Shown: one piece after another, positions 31,691-41,701 of the stretch
Layout of the letters: the number at the start of each line of letters is the position of its first letter
How positions within the stretch are numbered: the stretch's first letter is position 1
The notes under the pieces: generated by a model
What the model saw: the letters and a program-made list of their open reading frames with translations, nothing else
Databases searched by the model: none
What the model was told of the DNA's origin: nothing
Assembly: GCA_034179845.1 (NCBI GenBank)
Contig: JAXFPK010000067.1
Span: 1 to 52,067 of the forward strand
Direction: 5' to 3'
From: Rothia sp. (in: high G+C Gram-positive bacteria)
GTDB taxonomy: Bacteria; Actinomycetota; Actinomycetes; Actinomycetales; Micrococcaceae
DNA: 52,067 bases
Made by a program: the position numbers and the translations under genes

Positions 31691-31770
31691 CTTTGCTACA
31701 TTTTAGTGTATTTTGACCTATTTTGATAGAAGAATCAAAGTCTGTGGATAACTTGATTGATTTTGCGTAA
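31691..31770. promoter_or_regulatory. Array of 10-bp-phased TTTG repeats plus perfect DnaA-type box in the HTH/cpaB divergent promoter
   Basis: CTTTGCTACA-TTTTAGTGTA-TTTTGACCTA-TTTTGATAGA (31691-31730), TGTGGATAA (31743-31751), in-phase TTTTGCGTAA (31761-31770). Confidence 0.65.
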
Positions 31771-31865
31771 CCTTCGCCCAAAATATGCAAGAATTTTGAA
31801 ATCTAGCCTCTGATTAGGGAAACTGCTGTTAAAGAGAAAAATCCCTGACTCAAAGAGGTGCCCAC

Positions 31866-32510
31866 ATGGCTCAAGAAAACCTAGCTGCCCGCTTCAGAAA
31901 ACCGGGCTTTCGCGACCCCAAGCTGCTGGCGGGCGTCCTCATCATTCTTCTCTCAGTTCTAGGGGTGGTCGGTATCGTGCGAGCTACCAACCAAACTCAG
32001 CCCTATTACGTAGCTAGCAAAGATATTGGTATAGGTGAGAAAATCACCACCGACAACACTACAACCACCCAGGTCAAACTCGGAGACTCAGCCCAATTCT
32101 ATCTTTCAGCCGATCAAGTAATCGCTGAGGGCACAGTTGCCACACGCCCCCTAGCCTCAGGCGAACTTCTCTCTGCACGTTCACTATCAAGCGAAGTAAA
32201 TGATGGGCGCAGACTCGTCACATTACTTCTAGACCAGTACGCGGTAGCTGAATACCTACCCGGTGACCACGTAGATATTTGGGTCGCCTACAAAACAGAG
32301 GGCACCAACTCCTATGGTGACCCCGTAGCGATAGCAGAATCAGCACAGGTACATTCTGTAACCGCCCAAGAGTCAGTCATCGGAGGCACAGGACGTTCAG
32401 CTGTAGAACTATGGGTCAAGCAGGAAGTCCTACCTGATGTACTGGGTGCAACAAGTAAAGGCGCGGTCATCAACCTGGTTCCATCGGCTTACGAAACAGG
32501 AGATAACTAA
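31866..32510 (+). CDS. SAF-domain Flp pilus assembly protein (CpaB/RcpC-like)
   Basis: RFRKPGFRDPKL followed by a TM helix and a SAF domain (YYVASKDIGIGE...ATRPLASGELL); PGDHVDIW. Confidence 0.75.
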   Translation: MAQENLAARFRKPGFRDPKLLAGVLIILLSVLGVVGIVRATNQTQPYYVASKDIGIGEKITTDNTTTTQVKLGDSAQFYLSADQVIAEGTVATRPLASGELLSARSLSSEVNDGRRLVTLLLDQYAVAEYLPGDHVDIWVAYKTEGTNSYGDPVAIAESAQVHSVTAQESVIGGTGRSAVELWVKQEVLPDVLGATSKGAVINLVPSAYETGDN

Positions 32511-33889
32511 TGCAGGTCCCTCTTGTTGTCGTTGGCGATGAAGGCGGACGCTTCATCGCAGCTATCGAATCCCAGCGCGGCCATGTGAGCGTGGTCAGAC
32601 ATGTTCACGACATCGGCGAGATGCTAGGAATCGCCCAAAGCGGTATCGCCCGCGCTGTACTCATCGTGACCGGGGCAGAACAACTAACTCATTCCATGGT
32701 GAAATCCCTGCACCTTCTAGAGGTAGCAGTTTGTCTTGTCCTCGACCAAGGAACCCCACCAGCTATCACAGGGGTTCACCCCATCGACTCCCTAGCCGAT
32801 ACTGCCGAACTCATCGGTGAAATAGAACAAGCAGTCGAAAACCTGCTGGCTTCAGAAGACCCCGAACCTCGCTCCGAACCGCACCTAGATGCACCTGAGC
32901 TCTGCGCACCTGCACACACCGGGCAGCTACAGACAGAAGAAAAACAGGACGCACCCCCTTCACCTCACACAAACGGAAAAGTAATGGCAGTATGGGGGCC
33001 CTACGGCTCACCAGGGCGCACAACCTTAGCCATCAACCTAACAGCAGCCTACGCAGAAGCAGGTTACACAGTATGCCTGGTGGATGCAGATACCTACGGG
33101 GCCTCAATCGGGGCCGCCTTGGGGCTCACCGATGACTACTCGAGCCTGGCCCAGCTCTGCCACTATGCAGACCGCGGGAACCTCACCCAACAGCAGCTCA
33201 AAGAACTAACCCATACCATTTCAGACCGTTCCCACTATTTCGACGTCATCACCGGGATAAACAAAGCAGAACGCTGGGTAGAAGTACGCTCCAGCGCACT
33301 AGAGCTTGTGCTCAATCAACTGGTCTCAAAATACGACCTAGTAGTAATTGATACATCCTTTTGCTTAGAAGAAGACCCCGCCCTGAGCTTTGACGGCCTA
33401 ACTCCCCAACGAAATGAAGCAACCCTCACCAGCCTGACACGAGCCGATCACATAGTAGCTGTCGGCCTAGCAGACGTCGTTGGCGTACCCCGGCTCATCA
33501 AAGCATACGACAGTCTCACCACAGCTCTTGGAGCGAACCCCGCCGAGAAAATCAGCATTGTCTTTAACCGAATCCGCACCGAAGCCTTAGGCGGCTCCGC
33601 ACAAGCGGCACTAGAACACTCCTGGGAACGCTTTGGGCCAGCCCTCCCTATCACATCTCAACTACCAGAAGACACCGCAAACGCAGATAAAGCCCGGCTA
33701 GAAGGACGAACCATTCTTGACCTAGCCCCACACACAGAACTGGCTCGCCAACTGCACGAACTAGCTCAGACCACTCAACGCGCCCTAGGACTTGGAAAAC
33801 CTGCCCCATCGCTAGAGCAAGTACAGGGCATAAGCATGATAAAAAAGAAGAAACCCTGGGCGCGCTTTACCCGCCGCCACAGTACCTAA
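32510..33889 (+). CDS. TadZ/CpaE-like MinD-family ATPase with N-terminal receiver-like domain
   Basis: Deviant Walker A WGPYGSPGRTT, LVDADTYG, VVIDT, basic amphipathic C-terminus. Start overlaps the SAF gene stop. Confidence 0.8.
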   Translation: MQVPLVVVGDEGGRFIAAIESQRGHVSVVRHVHDIGEMLGIAQSGIARAVLIVTGAEQLTHSMVKSLHLLEVAVCLVLDQGTPPAITGVHPIDSLADTAELIGEIEQAVENLLASEDPEPRSEPHLDAPELCAPAHTGQLQTEEKQDAPPSPHTNGKVMAVWGPYGSPGRTTLAINLTAAYAEAGYTVCLVDADTYGASIGAALGLTDDYSSLAQLCHYADRGNLTQQQLKELTHTISDRSHYFDVITGINKAERWVEVRSSALELVLNQLVSKYDLVVIDTSFCLEEDPALSFDGLTPQRNEATLTSLTRADHIVAVGLADVVGVPRLIKAYDSLTTALGANPAEKISIVFNRIRTEALGGSAQAALEHSWERFGPALPITSQLPEDTANADKARLEGRTILDLAPHTELARQLHELAQTTQRALGLGKPAPSLEQVQGISMIKKKKPWARFTRRHST

Positions 33890-33919
33890 ACCGCCCGGTT
33901 CACGCTAACAGGAGGCACC

Positions 33920-35461
33920 TTGTCACTGACCGAACCCCTCATGCCCACAGACGCTTACAGGCCCGGCGACATCGAATGGCTCCACCTACTCACCAACGAA
34001 TGGCAAATCATTGCAGACACCGGCTACTGCGACCTGATGCTCTGGGCCCCCCACCCCGAGACCATCGAAGGCTATTTCTCCCTCTCCCAATCGCTACCTG
34101 CCTCCGCTAGGTTCATCAACCTGGCCCAAATTCGCCCCTCCACCACCCACACAGTCTTCCACACCGACTGGGTAGGAAAAGAACTCAACCCTGCCCTCTG
34201 CGAACGCGCTGTAGCGAGTTGGAATAGTCAAACCCCCAAGACATTCAACGATGAACATAACCTCACCGACATCGTCCTTGATACGGAATTTATTCCACTC
34301 ATACGTAACGACAGGCCTGTAGCCCTACTATCTGTCCACCGTGAAAGCCTAGGTACCCGAAAGCGCCAGAAAGCAGAACGGGTCTACCGCGATGTCTCCC
34401 ACCACCTTCTACAGATGGTCTCACGCGGGGCCTGGCCCGAATTCGCTGCCCCTGTTGGAACAGCCCACGGCAACCCACGCGTCAGCGACGGTCTTGTCAT
34501 GCTTGATACCGACGGGCGAGTCACCTACGCCTCTCCTAACGCCCTCTCAATTTACAAACGCCTCAACTACGCAGGCGATATGATCGGGGCAAGCCTGCTC
34601 GATATCACCCGGGCCTTACTCCCCACCGGCGAAAAAGCGGACGAAACTCTGCCCCTAGTTCTTACCGGCCGCATGCCCTGGCGTGCAGAAATTAAAGCCA
34701 ATCTCAAAAACGTCACCTTCCGCGCCATTCCCCTGCGACACGTCTCCAGATTTGGCGAAGAACGCTACGGTGCTCTTCTCTTGTGCCGCGACGTCACAGA
34801 GCTACGCCGGCGAGAACAAGAGATGATGTCTAAAGACGCTACCATCCGCGAAATCCACCACAGGGTTAAAAACAACCTCCAAACAGTGTCAGCTTTACTG
34901 CGGCTACAATCTAGACGCATGACCACCCCCGAAGCGAAGGAAGGCCTTGAACAGGCCATGCGTCGTGTATCAACTATCGCCCTGGTACATGATGCTCTCT
35001 CGCAAGGGCTGACCCAGGACGTAGATTTCGATGACCTCATCAGCCGCCAATTCAGACTTGCTGCTGAGCTAGCGTCCCCCGGCCAGCAGGTTGCAACCCG
35101 AATTGAGGGATCATTTGGGAAACTACCTAGCCAGATCGCAACACCTCTAGCCCTTGTTATCAACGAGGTCGTAGCTAACGCGGTAGAACACGGGCTAGCT
35201 GGAGAAACCGGTACCGTGACGTTAGGCTGCCAACACCGCTACTCAGAAGGGCAAGAGCACAGCATCATCGTTACAGTGCACGATAGCGGCCAGGGGATCA
35301 GTGCAGAGAAAATCAGGGAGCTAGAGGAAGACGGCCCCGGAAACGGTCTCGGCACACAAATCGTGAAAACCCTGGTTGCTAGCGAACTCAACGGTACTAT
35401 TCATTGGTCTCCAGCCCCTGAAGGTGGGACTCTCGTAACGATTGAAGCAACTATCTTATAG
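33920..35461 (+). CDS. pdtaS: Cytoplasmic sensor histidine kinase, PdtaS type
   Basis: N-terminal sensor (WQIIAD...DLMLW), PAS domain, H-box EIHHRVKNNLQ, NAVEHG, GLGTQIV. TTG start after AGGAGG. Confidence 0.88.
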   Translation: MSLTEPLMPTDAYRPGDIEWLHLLTNEWQIIADTGYCDLMLWAPHPETIEGYFSLSQSLPASARFINLAQIRPSTTHTVFHTDWVGKELNPALCERAVASWNSQTPKTFNDEHNLTDIVLDTEFIPLIRNDRPVALLSVHRESLGTRKRQKAERVYRDVSHHLLQMVSRGAWPEFAAPVGTAHGNPRVSDGLVMLDTDGRVTYASPNALSIYKRLNYAGDMIGASLLDITRALLPTGEKADETLPLVLTGRMPWRAEIKANLKNVTFRAIPLRHVSRFGEERYGALLLCRDVTELRRREQEMMSKDATIREIHHRVKNNLQTVSALLRLQSRRMTTPEAKEGLEQAMRRVSTIALVHDALSQGLTQDVDFDDLISRQFRLAAELASPGQQVATRIEGSFGKLPSQIATPLALVINEVVANAVEHGLAGETGTVTLGCQHRYSEGQEHSIIVTVHDSGQGISAEKIRELEEDGPGNGLGTQIVKTLVASELNGTIHWSPAPEGGTLVTIEATIL

Positions 35462-35480
35462 ATAGTAAGAACACTATAAA

Positions 35481-35518
35481 AAGCAGGGGTGAACTGTTTG
35501 ACCAGTTCACCCCTGCTT
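35481..35518. terminator. Terminator between convergent pdtaS and whiB1
   Basis: AAGCAGGGGTGAACTG...CAGTTCACCCCTGCTT. Confidence 0.85.
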
Positions 35519-35543
35519 AAGAACACTTAAGTGAAGTCTTCTA

Positions 35544-35792
35544 CTATGAGGCCCTACGGGCTCGAGCAGCACGTCGCTTTATAGCACGACGCTCATCCTC
35601 ACTTGTACCGCCCCACACGCCAGAATCCTGGCCTGTTTCGATAGCCCACTGCAAGCAGATATCCATCACAGTGCAGCCGCGGCAAACATTTTTAGCCTCT
35701 TCAATCTGAAGAAGGGCGGGCCCGGTATTTCCTACGGGGAAAAAGAGTTCAGGGTCTTTCTCAAGACAAGCAGCACGGCTACGCCAATCCAT
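35544..35792 (-). CDS. whiB1: WhiB-family Fe-S regulator WhiB1/WblE
   Basis: MDWRSRAAC..DPELFFPVGNTGPA, four Cys, GVWGG. Confidence 0.93.
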   Translation of the reverse strand: MDWRSRAACLEKDPELFFPVGNTGPALLQIEEAKNVCRGCTVMDICLQWAIETGQDSGVWGGTSEDERRAIKRRAARARRAS

Positions 35793-36077
35793 TAGCATGC
35801 TCTCCTATAGGGTTTACCGGATTAAAGCTGAGGCAAAAGGACTCAGCAACTTACAAAAAAATCTGGCCCCTTTCCTCAAAGGAGCCAAACTTGAACCTCA
35901 ATAACTTTCCCACGATATGGGGCGTCATACAAGGGGGTTGTGAGCGAAAATCTGCCCGCAAAGCTGAGGTAAATATCACAGGAGAAGACCTGTGGGGGTG
36001 CCGGGGTGAGAGGTAACACTCCCAGATGCCTATTCTAGATAGGAGACCCTTTAGGAAGAAAGAGAAATGAGATAGAC

Positions 36078-36461
36078 ATGGCTTCTTCTAGTGCCTTAGC
36101 CGTCCCCAGGCCAGTGAAAATCTTGGTTGGCTTAAGCTTAAGCCAGGCCCTATACCTTGCCTTCCGCGCACTCATCGGCATTATCACCTCTACTGAAAGT
36201 GGGGGAGCTGTAGTGACAGCCTCCTTCTACTTTATTATCTCGCTAGCCCTTGGCGTAGGCGCTCTTGCCATATGGCGGGCCCAGCGCTTTGGGCAGACGC
36301 TTGTGCTCGTCTGGCAGCTCTTTGCCGTTATTATTGGCATTCAAACAGCCCTAGGTGGGGACCACCTGGTAGGAATCACAGCAGCCACGATTGGAGGGGC
36401 CGTTATTTTGCTACTTTTTACTCGCTCTACTCTCGAGTATCTGACTCCTTCTTCCCGCTAG
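36078..36461 (+). CDS. Small 4-TM membrane protein
   Basis: Hydrophobic ORF with a WQL motif, typical neighbour divergent from whiB1. Confidence 0.7.
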   Translation: MASSSALAVPRPVKILVGLSLSQALYLAFRALIGIITSTESGGAVVTASFYFIISLALGVGALAIWRAQRFGQTLVLVWQLFAVIIGIQTALGGDHLVGITAATIGGAVILLLFTRSTLEYLTPSSR

Positions 36462-39400
36462 CCTCTACCTCTGGCAGGGCCGCTTGAAAAGCGCTAACCC
36501 TTGCATGGTCAATAATGACTCCACGCCCTGCCGGTAACTGACCATAGGTTCTAAGGTCAAGCGGTAAGGTAAGGCCAGGGTAGAAAGACATATCTGCTGA
36601 GGTTCGTGGGCTAAGGACGATACCTGTGGACGTGCCGTTAAGGGCTGCAAGAATCGGGGAGGTATTCCAGCGCGGCCACGGAGTATAGGTAAGAACAACC
36701 GATTCAAATTTATCTTTCTGGTTGAGTATCGTATGCTGCACATCATGACTGAGCTGATCAAGATTATCAATGAGCAATATAGGGCGAACCCCTAGACTTT
36801 CACCCGCGAGGAGGGCCTGCTCGATATCTGCCATCTGAGTAGTAGCACCTGAGGAGATAAGGATGAAATAATACTCAGGATTAGCTTGGATGAAGGTTTG
36901 GAGCAGGCTGGTTTTCCCTGACCCACGAGGGCCGCTAACACTCATGAACCCTGCCCGCAAAGGCGGGGTGAAAGCTGTAGACCCGTCTCTGAGCACTCCA
37001 CACGCAAGTGCACCTGAATGAGGTTTAGGCGCACGAGAGATAGCATGCACAGGGCAGAACAAGGGTAAGGGGCGCCAGGAATGCTCGCCAGGGTAAGAGC
37101 CCTCTAACTGGGTGGTGGGCTGTAAGGAGGCCTTGTCTGAAGAACTCGGTGATGTATCGAGTGCTGCCCAGACAAGCGTACCTGCCTGCACCCGTCCTTG
37201 CGAGGAGTCGTAGATAGATTTTCCTTCTACCGCAAACTGCCCACTGCCCGGTATCGTGTAATCCTTGGTGTGGGGGCGGAGAGGGTCACTTTCAAGAGCA
37301 GAACGAGTCATGAAGGTGTGCTCAAAAATTTGCTGGTACTTGCCCCGCACTCCTGTAACTGAAGTGCATAAAACCTGGACCTTGGGGTGCTCGCCCATGG
37401 TAAGTATCTGCTGCAGGTGGAATTCTGCTACCGGGTGCCGCTGAAGGGAATCAAGCAGCACCTCGAGAGCATCTATCAGTAGGAGCTGACCAGGCTTGGG
37501 CTCTTCTGCGCAAGAGGCTAGAAGATGCTGTACATAGTCAAAATCCTGGTAGGTAAAGACCTCAACCTGCTCTGCATACTCCTCACCCCAGCCCCGTATC
37601 TCTCGAGCCCGCTGCTCTGAGGGGGTAAGACATAAAACGGCATAGCCTTTCTCCAGCGCTTGAAGAAGGGTTACCTGAAGTGCCGGCAGACAATCATTGC
37701 TAGATCCCTGTAGTAGGACCGGGCCATTGCTAGGCGTCCAGATAAAAGGAGCTTGAAGCCCTAACTCTGCTATCTCGTAGCGACCCAGCAGCAAAGAAAA
37801 CGGGTGAGCTGAATCTGGCATATCGGTATGCTTGGGAGGCTGAAGGGCAGCGGCGATAGGCCGATAAGCAGGTAACTGGTGAAGTGCCTGATAAGCCTGA
37901 TGAACGGACGTATTGGTAGCCTCAAGGTCGGTATCGCTCAGCGGCGGGAGCATCTTGGCCATGTGAGAATCATCGATATCGAGAATAAAACGTGCACGGC
38001 AGAGGTCTTCTGGTTCTTGCTCATAGAGCCCTGTAATTAAAGGTGCTTGAAACTCAACCACCTCATTTTCAGTGCTTTTGAGGAGCCCCCGGCCGGGGGA
38101 CTGCGCAGAAAGATGAGCAGCATCATCAGAGCCTAGGACGCTAAAAGATTCCTGCGCAGAACTTACTCTCAGACACATCAGCGTTGAAATGTTGGCCCGA
38201 ATATCGGGAGAAATTGCTCCCTGAGGGCGCTGGGTAGCAAGGATAAGGTGATAGCCCAGTGATCTACCGATAGTAGCGATTTTCATTATTTCGTTCATTA
38301 TCTCTGGGTAATCATCGACGAGCATACGAAACTCATCGATACAGATAACAAGCTCTGAAAACTCCGGGGCTGTACGGGTAGCTTTGCAGCAGGCGATGTA
38401 ATCATCGTAGGAGCTAATTCCCATGCGTTTCCACATCTGTTTGCGCCGCGTGAGATCTGCTCGTAAAAATTTCATCGTGCGCATCAGCTGAGAAGTTTCA
38501 AGGTCAGATATTAGTGAAGCGCAGTGGGGCAAGGACGCTAAGGGGCCTAAACCAGCGCCACCTTTGAAATCAATGAGGATCAATGAAAGACGTTGGGGCG
38601 GGTAGCGTAGTGCTGCTGACCACAAGAGCGAACGAAGAAGCTGAGATTTACCTGAACCTGTTGTTCCCGCGCAGAGGAAATGAGGGCCGTGAAGGGTCAG
38701 CCCCAGTTGTAGATTGGCATTACTCCCGCAGGCCTGGCCTGCGAAGAGAAAAATCTCTGCCGCCCACAGGTTCTTATGTGCACCCTCCTGCGGTAACTCA
38801 GTCAGACCATAGGCTGGTATGTGAGATGTCAGTACTTTAGCGCCAGCTAAACCTTGGGAAATAGGGGATAGCTGACCGGGCGTGAGGTCAGCTAGTAGCG
38901 CACAGTAACGCTCTTCGCTGATTCCATCTACAACGAAGCTATGCCAAGGGTGGGGTGGAGAAAAGAGGTCTGTGGGCGACTGGGGGGAGGAATAAGAACT
39001 GACAGGAAAGGCCCTTAGCTGCGCTGGTAAGGACGCCGGTATAGAACAGCACACCACCACACCAGCATCGACGCTATCAAGTTCTGCTGTGGATACTGCA
39101 AGTACGTTTGCTGTAGCAAGCAGCGGATCAATAAGACGTAGAAACCAGGCGGGATCTTTCTTCCCTACCAGAACATAGACAGGCTCTTCCTTGGCTACAA
39201 GCTGATAAAGAGCTAACCTCTGGGCTGATAAAGGCAGGGTAGGGAGTATCTGTGCAAGTTCTTCTGCGTTGACCGTATAAGGTGCTGCCTGGACTTCAGG
39301 TAATTGCTCTAACTCACGTTGCCGTCCCATGACTCGTAATGGTCGGGTGCCGCGTCCTACGATAAAACCTGTAGTAGCGTGTACCGCATCAGCTCCCCGG

Positions 39401-40185
39401 TAGCTGACTACTGCTTCTTCTTCCGCATGGGCAAGGTGCGCTATTTCCCGGCGTACCGAAGACCGTTCATGGCCTTGTGTAAAGGCATGAAGACCCATCA
39501 AAAGTGAGGACCCACAAGCCATCAGAAGAATAAACCACAGTTTTGTAAACCAGGCAATGACGAGCCCGATGATGAGAGGGAAAATCATCATAGCCACGGT
39601 AAGTAGCTTAGATTTAGGCGCAGGAACATCAATCTCTTGAATCTCAGGGTCACAGAAAAGGGGAGGGCTCTTCTCATGCTGGTCAAGAACGAGGACGCTA
39701 CTACCTAAGACAAATTTTTCCCCAATGGTGATTCTGTGGTGCGCATCTTTCCCTGAGAAATACACTCCGCTGCCAGTTACTTCGAGGCAGCCCTCAATAG
39801 GTGCGAGAGAGGGGTCCTCAACTCTGAGCAGAGAAGCTTGTCTGCCGATTTCCCAGCTACCTCGTGCCAAGGGAAAGTAAGAATGTGAGTCTGGCCCGTG
39901 AATCACGCGCAAGATAAAGAGAGGTTGGCTCTCTGAAGGGGAAGACCAAATCGGATGAGATAAAGAACCTGATACTTTGAGCTGGGCGCCATCAACCCAG
40001 GGAGAAAGACCAGGGGTGAGCCCCCTGATATCGTTCCCCTGAATGCTCCAGCTGAAATGATCGCTACCCCACAAGGAGCACAGTTCTTGATGGCAGATAG
40101 CCCCTGTTGTTCCTCGTGAATACTCAAGTTCTACCGACCTGTAAGGCCCAGCGGGAGGTTGCTGGATGCGGAGTAAAAGCTTCAT
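36427..40185 (-). CDS. FHA-like + 2TM + FtsK/SpoIIIE ATPase (EssC/YukB-like architecture)
   Basis: FHA-like GPDS...WEIGR...EDPSL, two TM helices, GTTGSGKS, LIDFKGG, IDEF, ATQRP, a degenerate middle domain and C-terminal GPRGSGKT. Start is 40185 or 40215. Confidence 0.85.
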   Translation of the reverse strand: MKLLLRIQQPPAGPYRSVELEYSRGTTGAICHQELCSLWGSDHFSWSIQGNDIRGLTPGLSPWVDGAQLKVSGSLSHPIWSSPSESQPLFILRVIHGPDSHSYFPLARGSWEIGRQASLLRVEDPSLAPIEGCLEVTGSGVYFSGKDAHHRITIGEKFVLGSSVLVLDQHEKSPPLFCDPEIQEIDVPAPKSKLLTVAMMIFPLIIGLVIAWFTKLWFILLMACGSSLLMGLHAFTQGHERSSVRREIAHLAHAEEEAVVSYRGADAVHATTGFIVGRGTRPLRVMGRQRELEQLPEVQAAPYTVNAEELAQILPTLPLSAQRLALYQLVAKEEPVYVLVGKKDPAWFLRLIDPLLATANVLAVSTAELDSVDAGVVVCCSIPASLPAQLRAFPVSSYSSPQSPTDLFSPPHPWHSFVVDGISEERYCALLADLTPGQLSPISQGLAGAKVLTSHIPAYGLTELPQEGAHKNLWAAEIFLFAGQACGSNANLQLGLTLHGPHFLCAGTTGSGKSQLLRSLLWSAALRYPPQRLSLILIDFKGGAGLGPLASLPHCASLISDLETSQLMRTMKFLRADLTRRKQMWKRMGISSYDDYIACCKATRTAPEFSELVICIDEFRMLVDDYPEIMNEIMKIATIGRSLGYHLILATQRPQGAISPDIRANISTLMCLRVSSAQESFSVLGSDDAAHLSAQSPGRGLLKSTENEVVEFQAPLITGLYEQEPEDLCRARFILDIDDSHMAKMLPPLSDTDLEATNTSVHQAYQALHQLPAYRPIAAALQPPKHTDMPDSAHPFSLLLGRYEIAELGLQAPFIWTPSNGPVLLQGSSNDCLPALQVTLLQALEKGYAVLCLTPSEQRAREIRGWGEEYAEQVEVFTYQDFDYVQHLLASCAEEPKPGQLLLIDALEVLLDSLQRHPVAEFHLQQILTMGEHPKVQVLCTSVTGVRGKYQQIFEHTFMTRSALESDPLRPHTKDYTIPGSGQFAVEGKSIYDSSQGRVQAGTLVWAALDTSPSSSDKASLQPTTQLEGSYPGEHSWRPLPLFCPVHAISRAPKPHSGALACGVLRDGSTAFTPPLRAGFMSVSGPRGSGKTSLLQTFIQANPEYYFILISSGATTQMADIEQALLAGESLGVRPILLIDNLDQLSHDVQHTILNQKDKFESVVLTYTPWPRWNTSPILAALNGTSTGIVLSPRTSADMSFYPGLTLPLDLRTYGQLPAGRGVIIDHARVSAFQAALPEVEASGKKESDTRE

Positions 40186-40511
40186 AGGGCTACCTAAGAC
40201 CTGGAAACCTGCCATCGCAAGGGCGCAAAACAGAAAAACAAACTATATGCGTTGTTTTTAGGTGGTGGCGGGGAAAAATTTAAGATTTTCACCTCCCTGT
40301 CACCTCCGATAGTGAGACTGGGGAATAATCACACGAATTTTCCAGCCTGTTAGCGGGTAGTGGCCGCCCATATCCGGTACTTTTGTTATTAACTGTGTTT
40401 ACCGTACATAGAAGGAACACACTGAAGTTTAAGCTTCTACGCTGTAGTAGCAGAGCGCGGTTGCCTCAATCCCCACGCTAGGTGCGCAACCCCTAATAAG
40501 GAGTAAGTTAA

Positions 40512-41699
<1,188 letters not shown>

Positions 41700-41701
41700 C
41701 A

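Noticed and set aside
35939-35980. CRP/GlxR-like half-sites upstream of whiB1 (TGTGA at 35939; TGAGG-n6-TCACA at 35965)
   Set aside because: Only partial matches, too weak to call.
40216-40360. DnaA-type boxes upstream of the FtsK-like gene (GGGGAAAAA, GGGGAATAA)
   Set aside because: Too degenerate to include in the proposed regulon.
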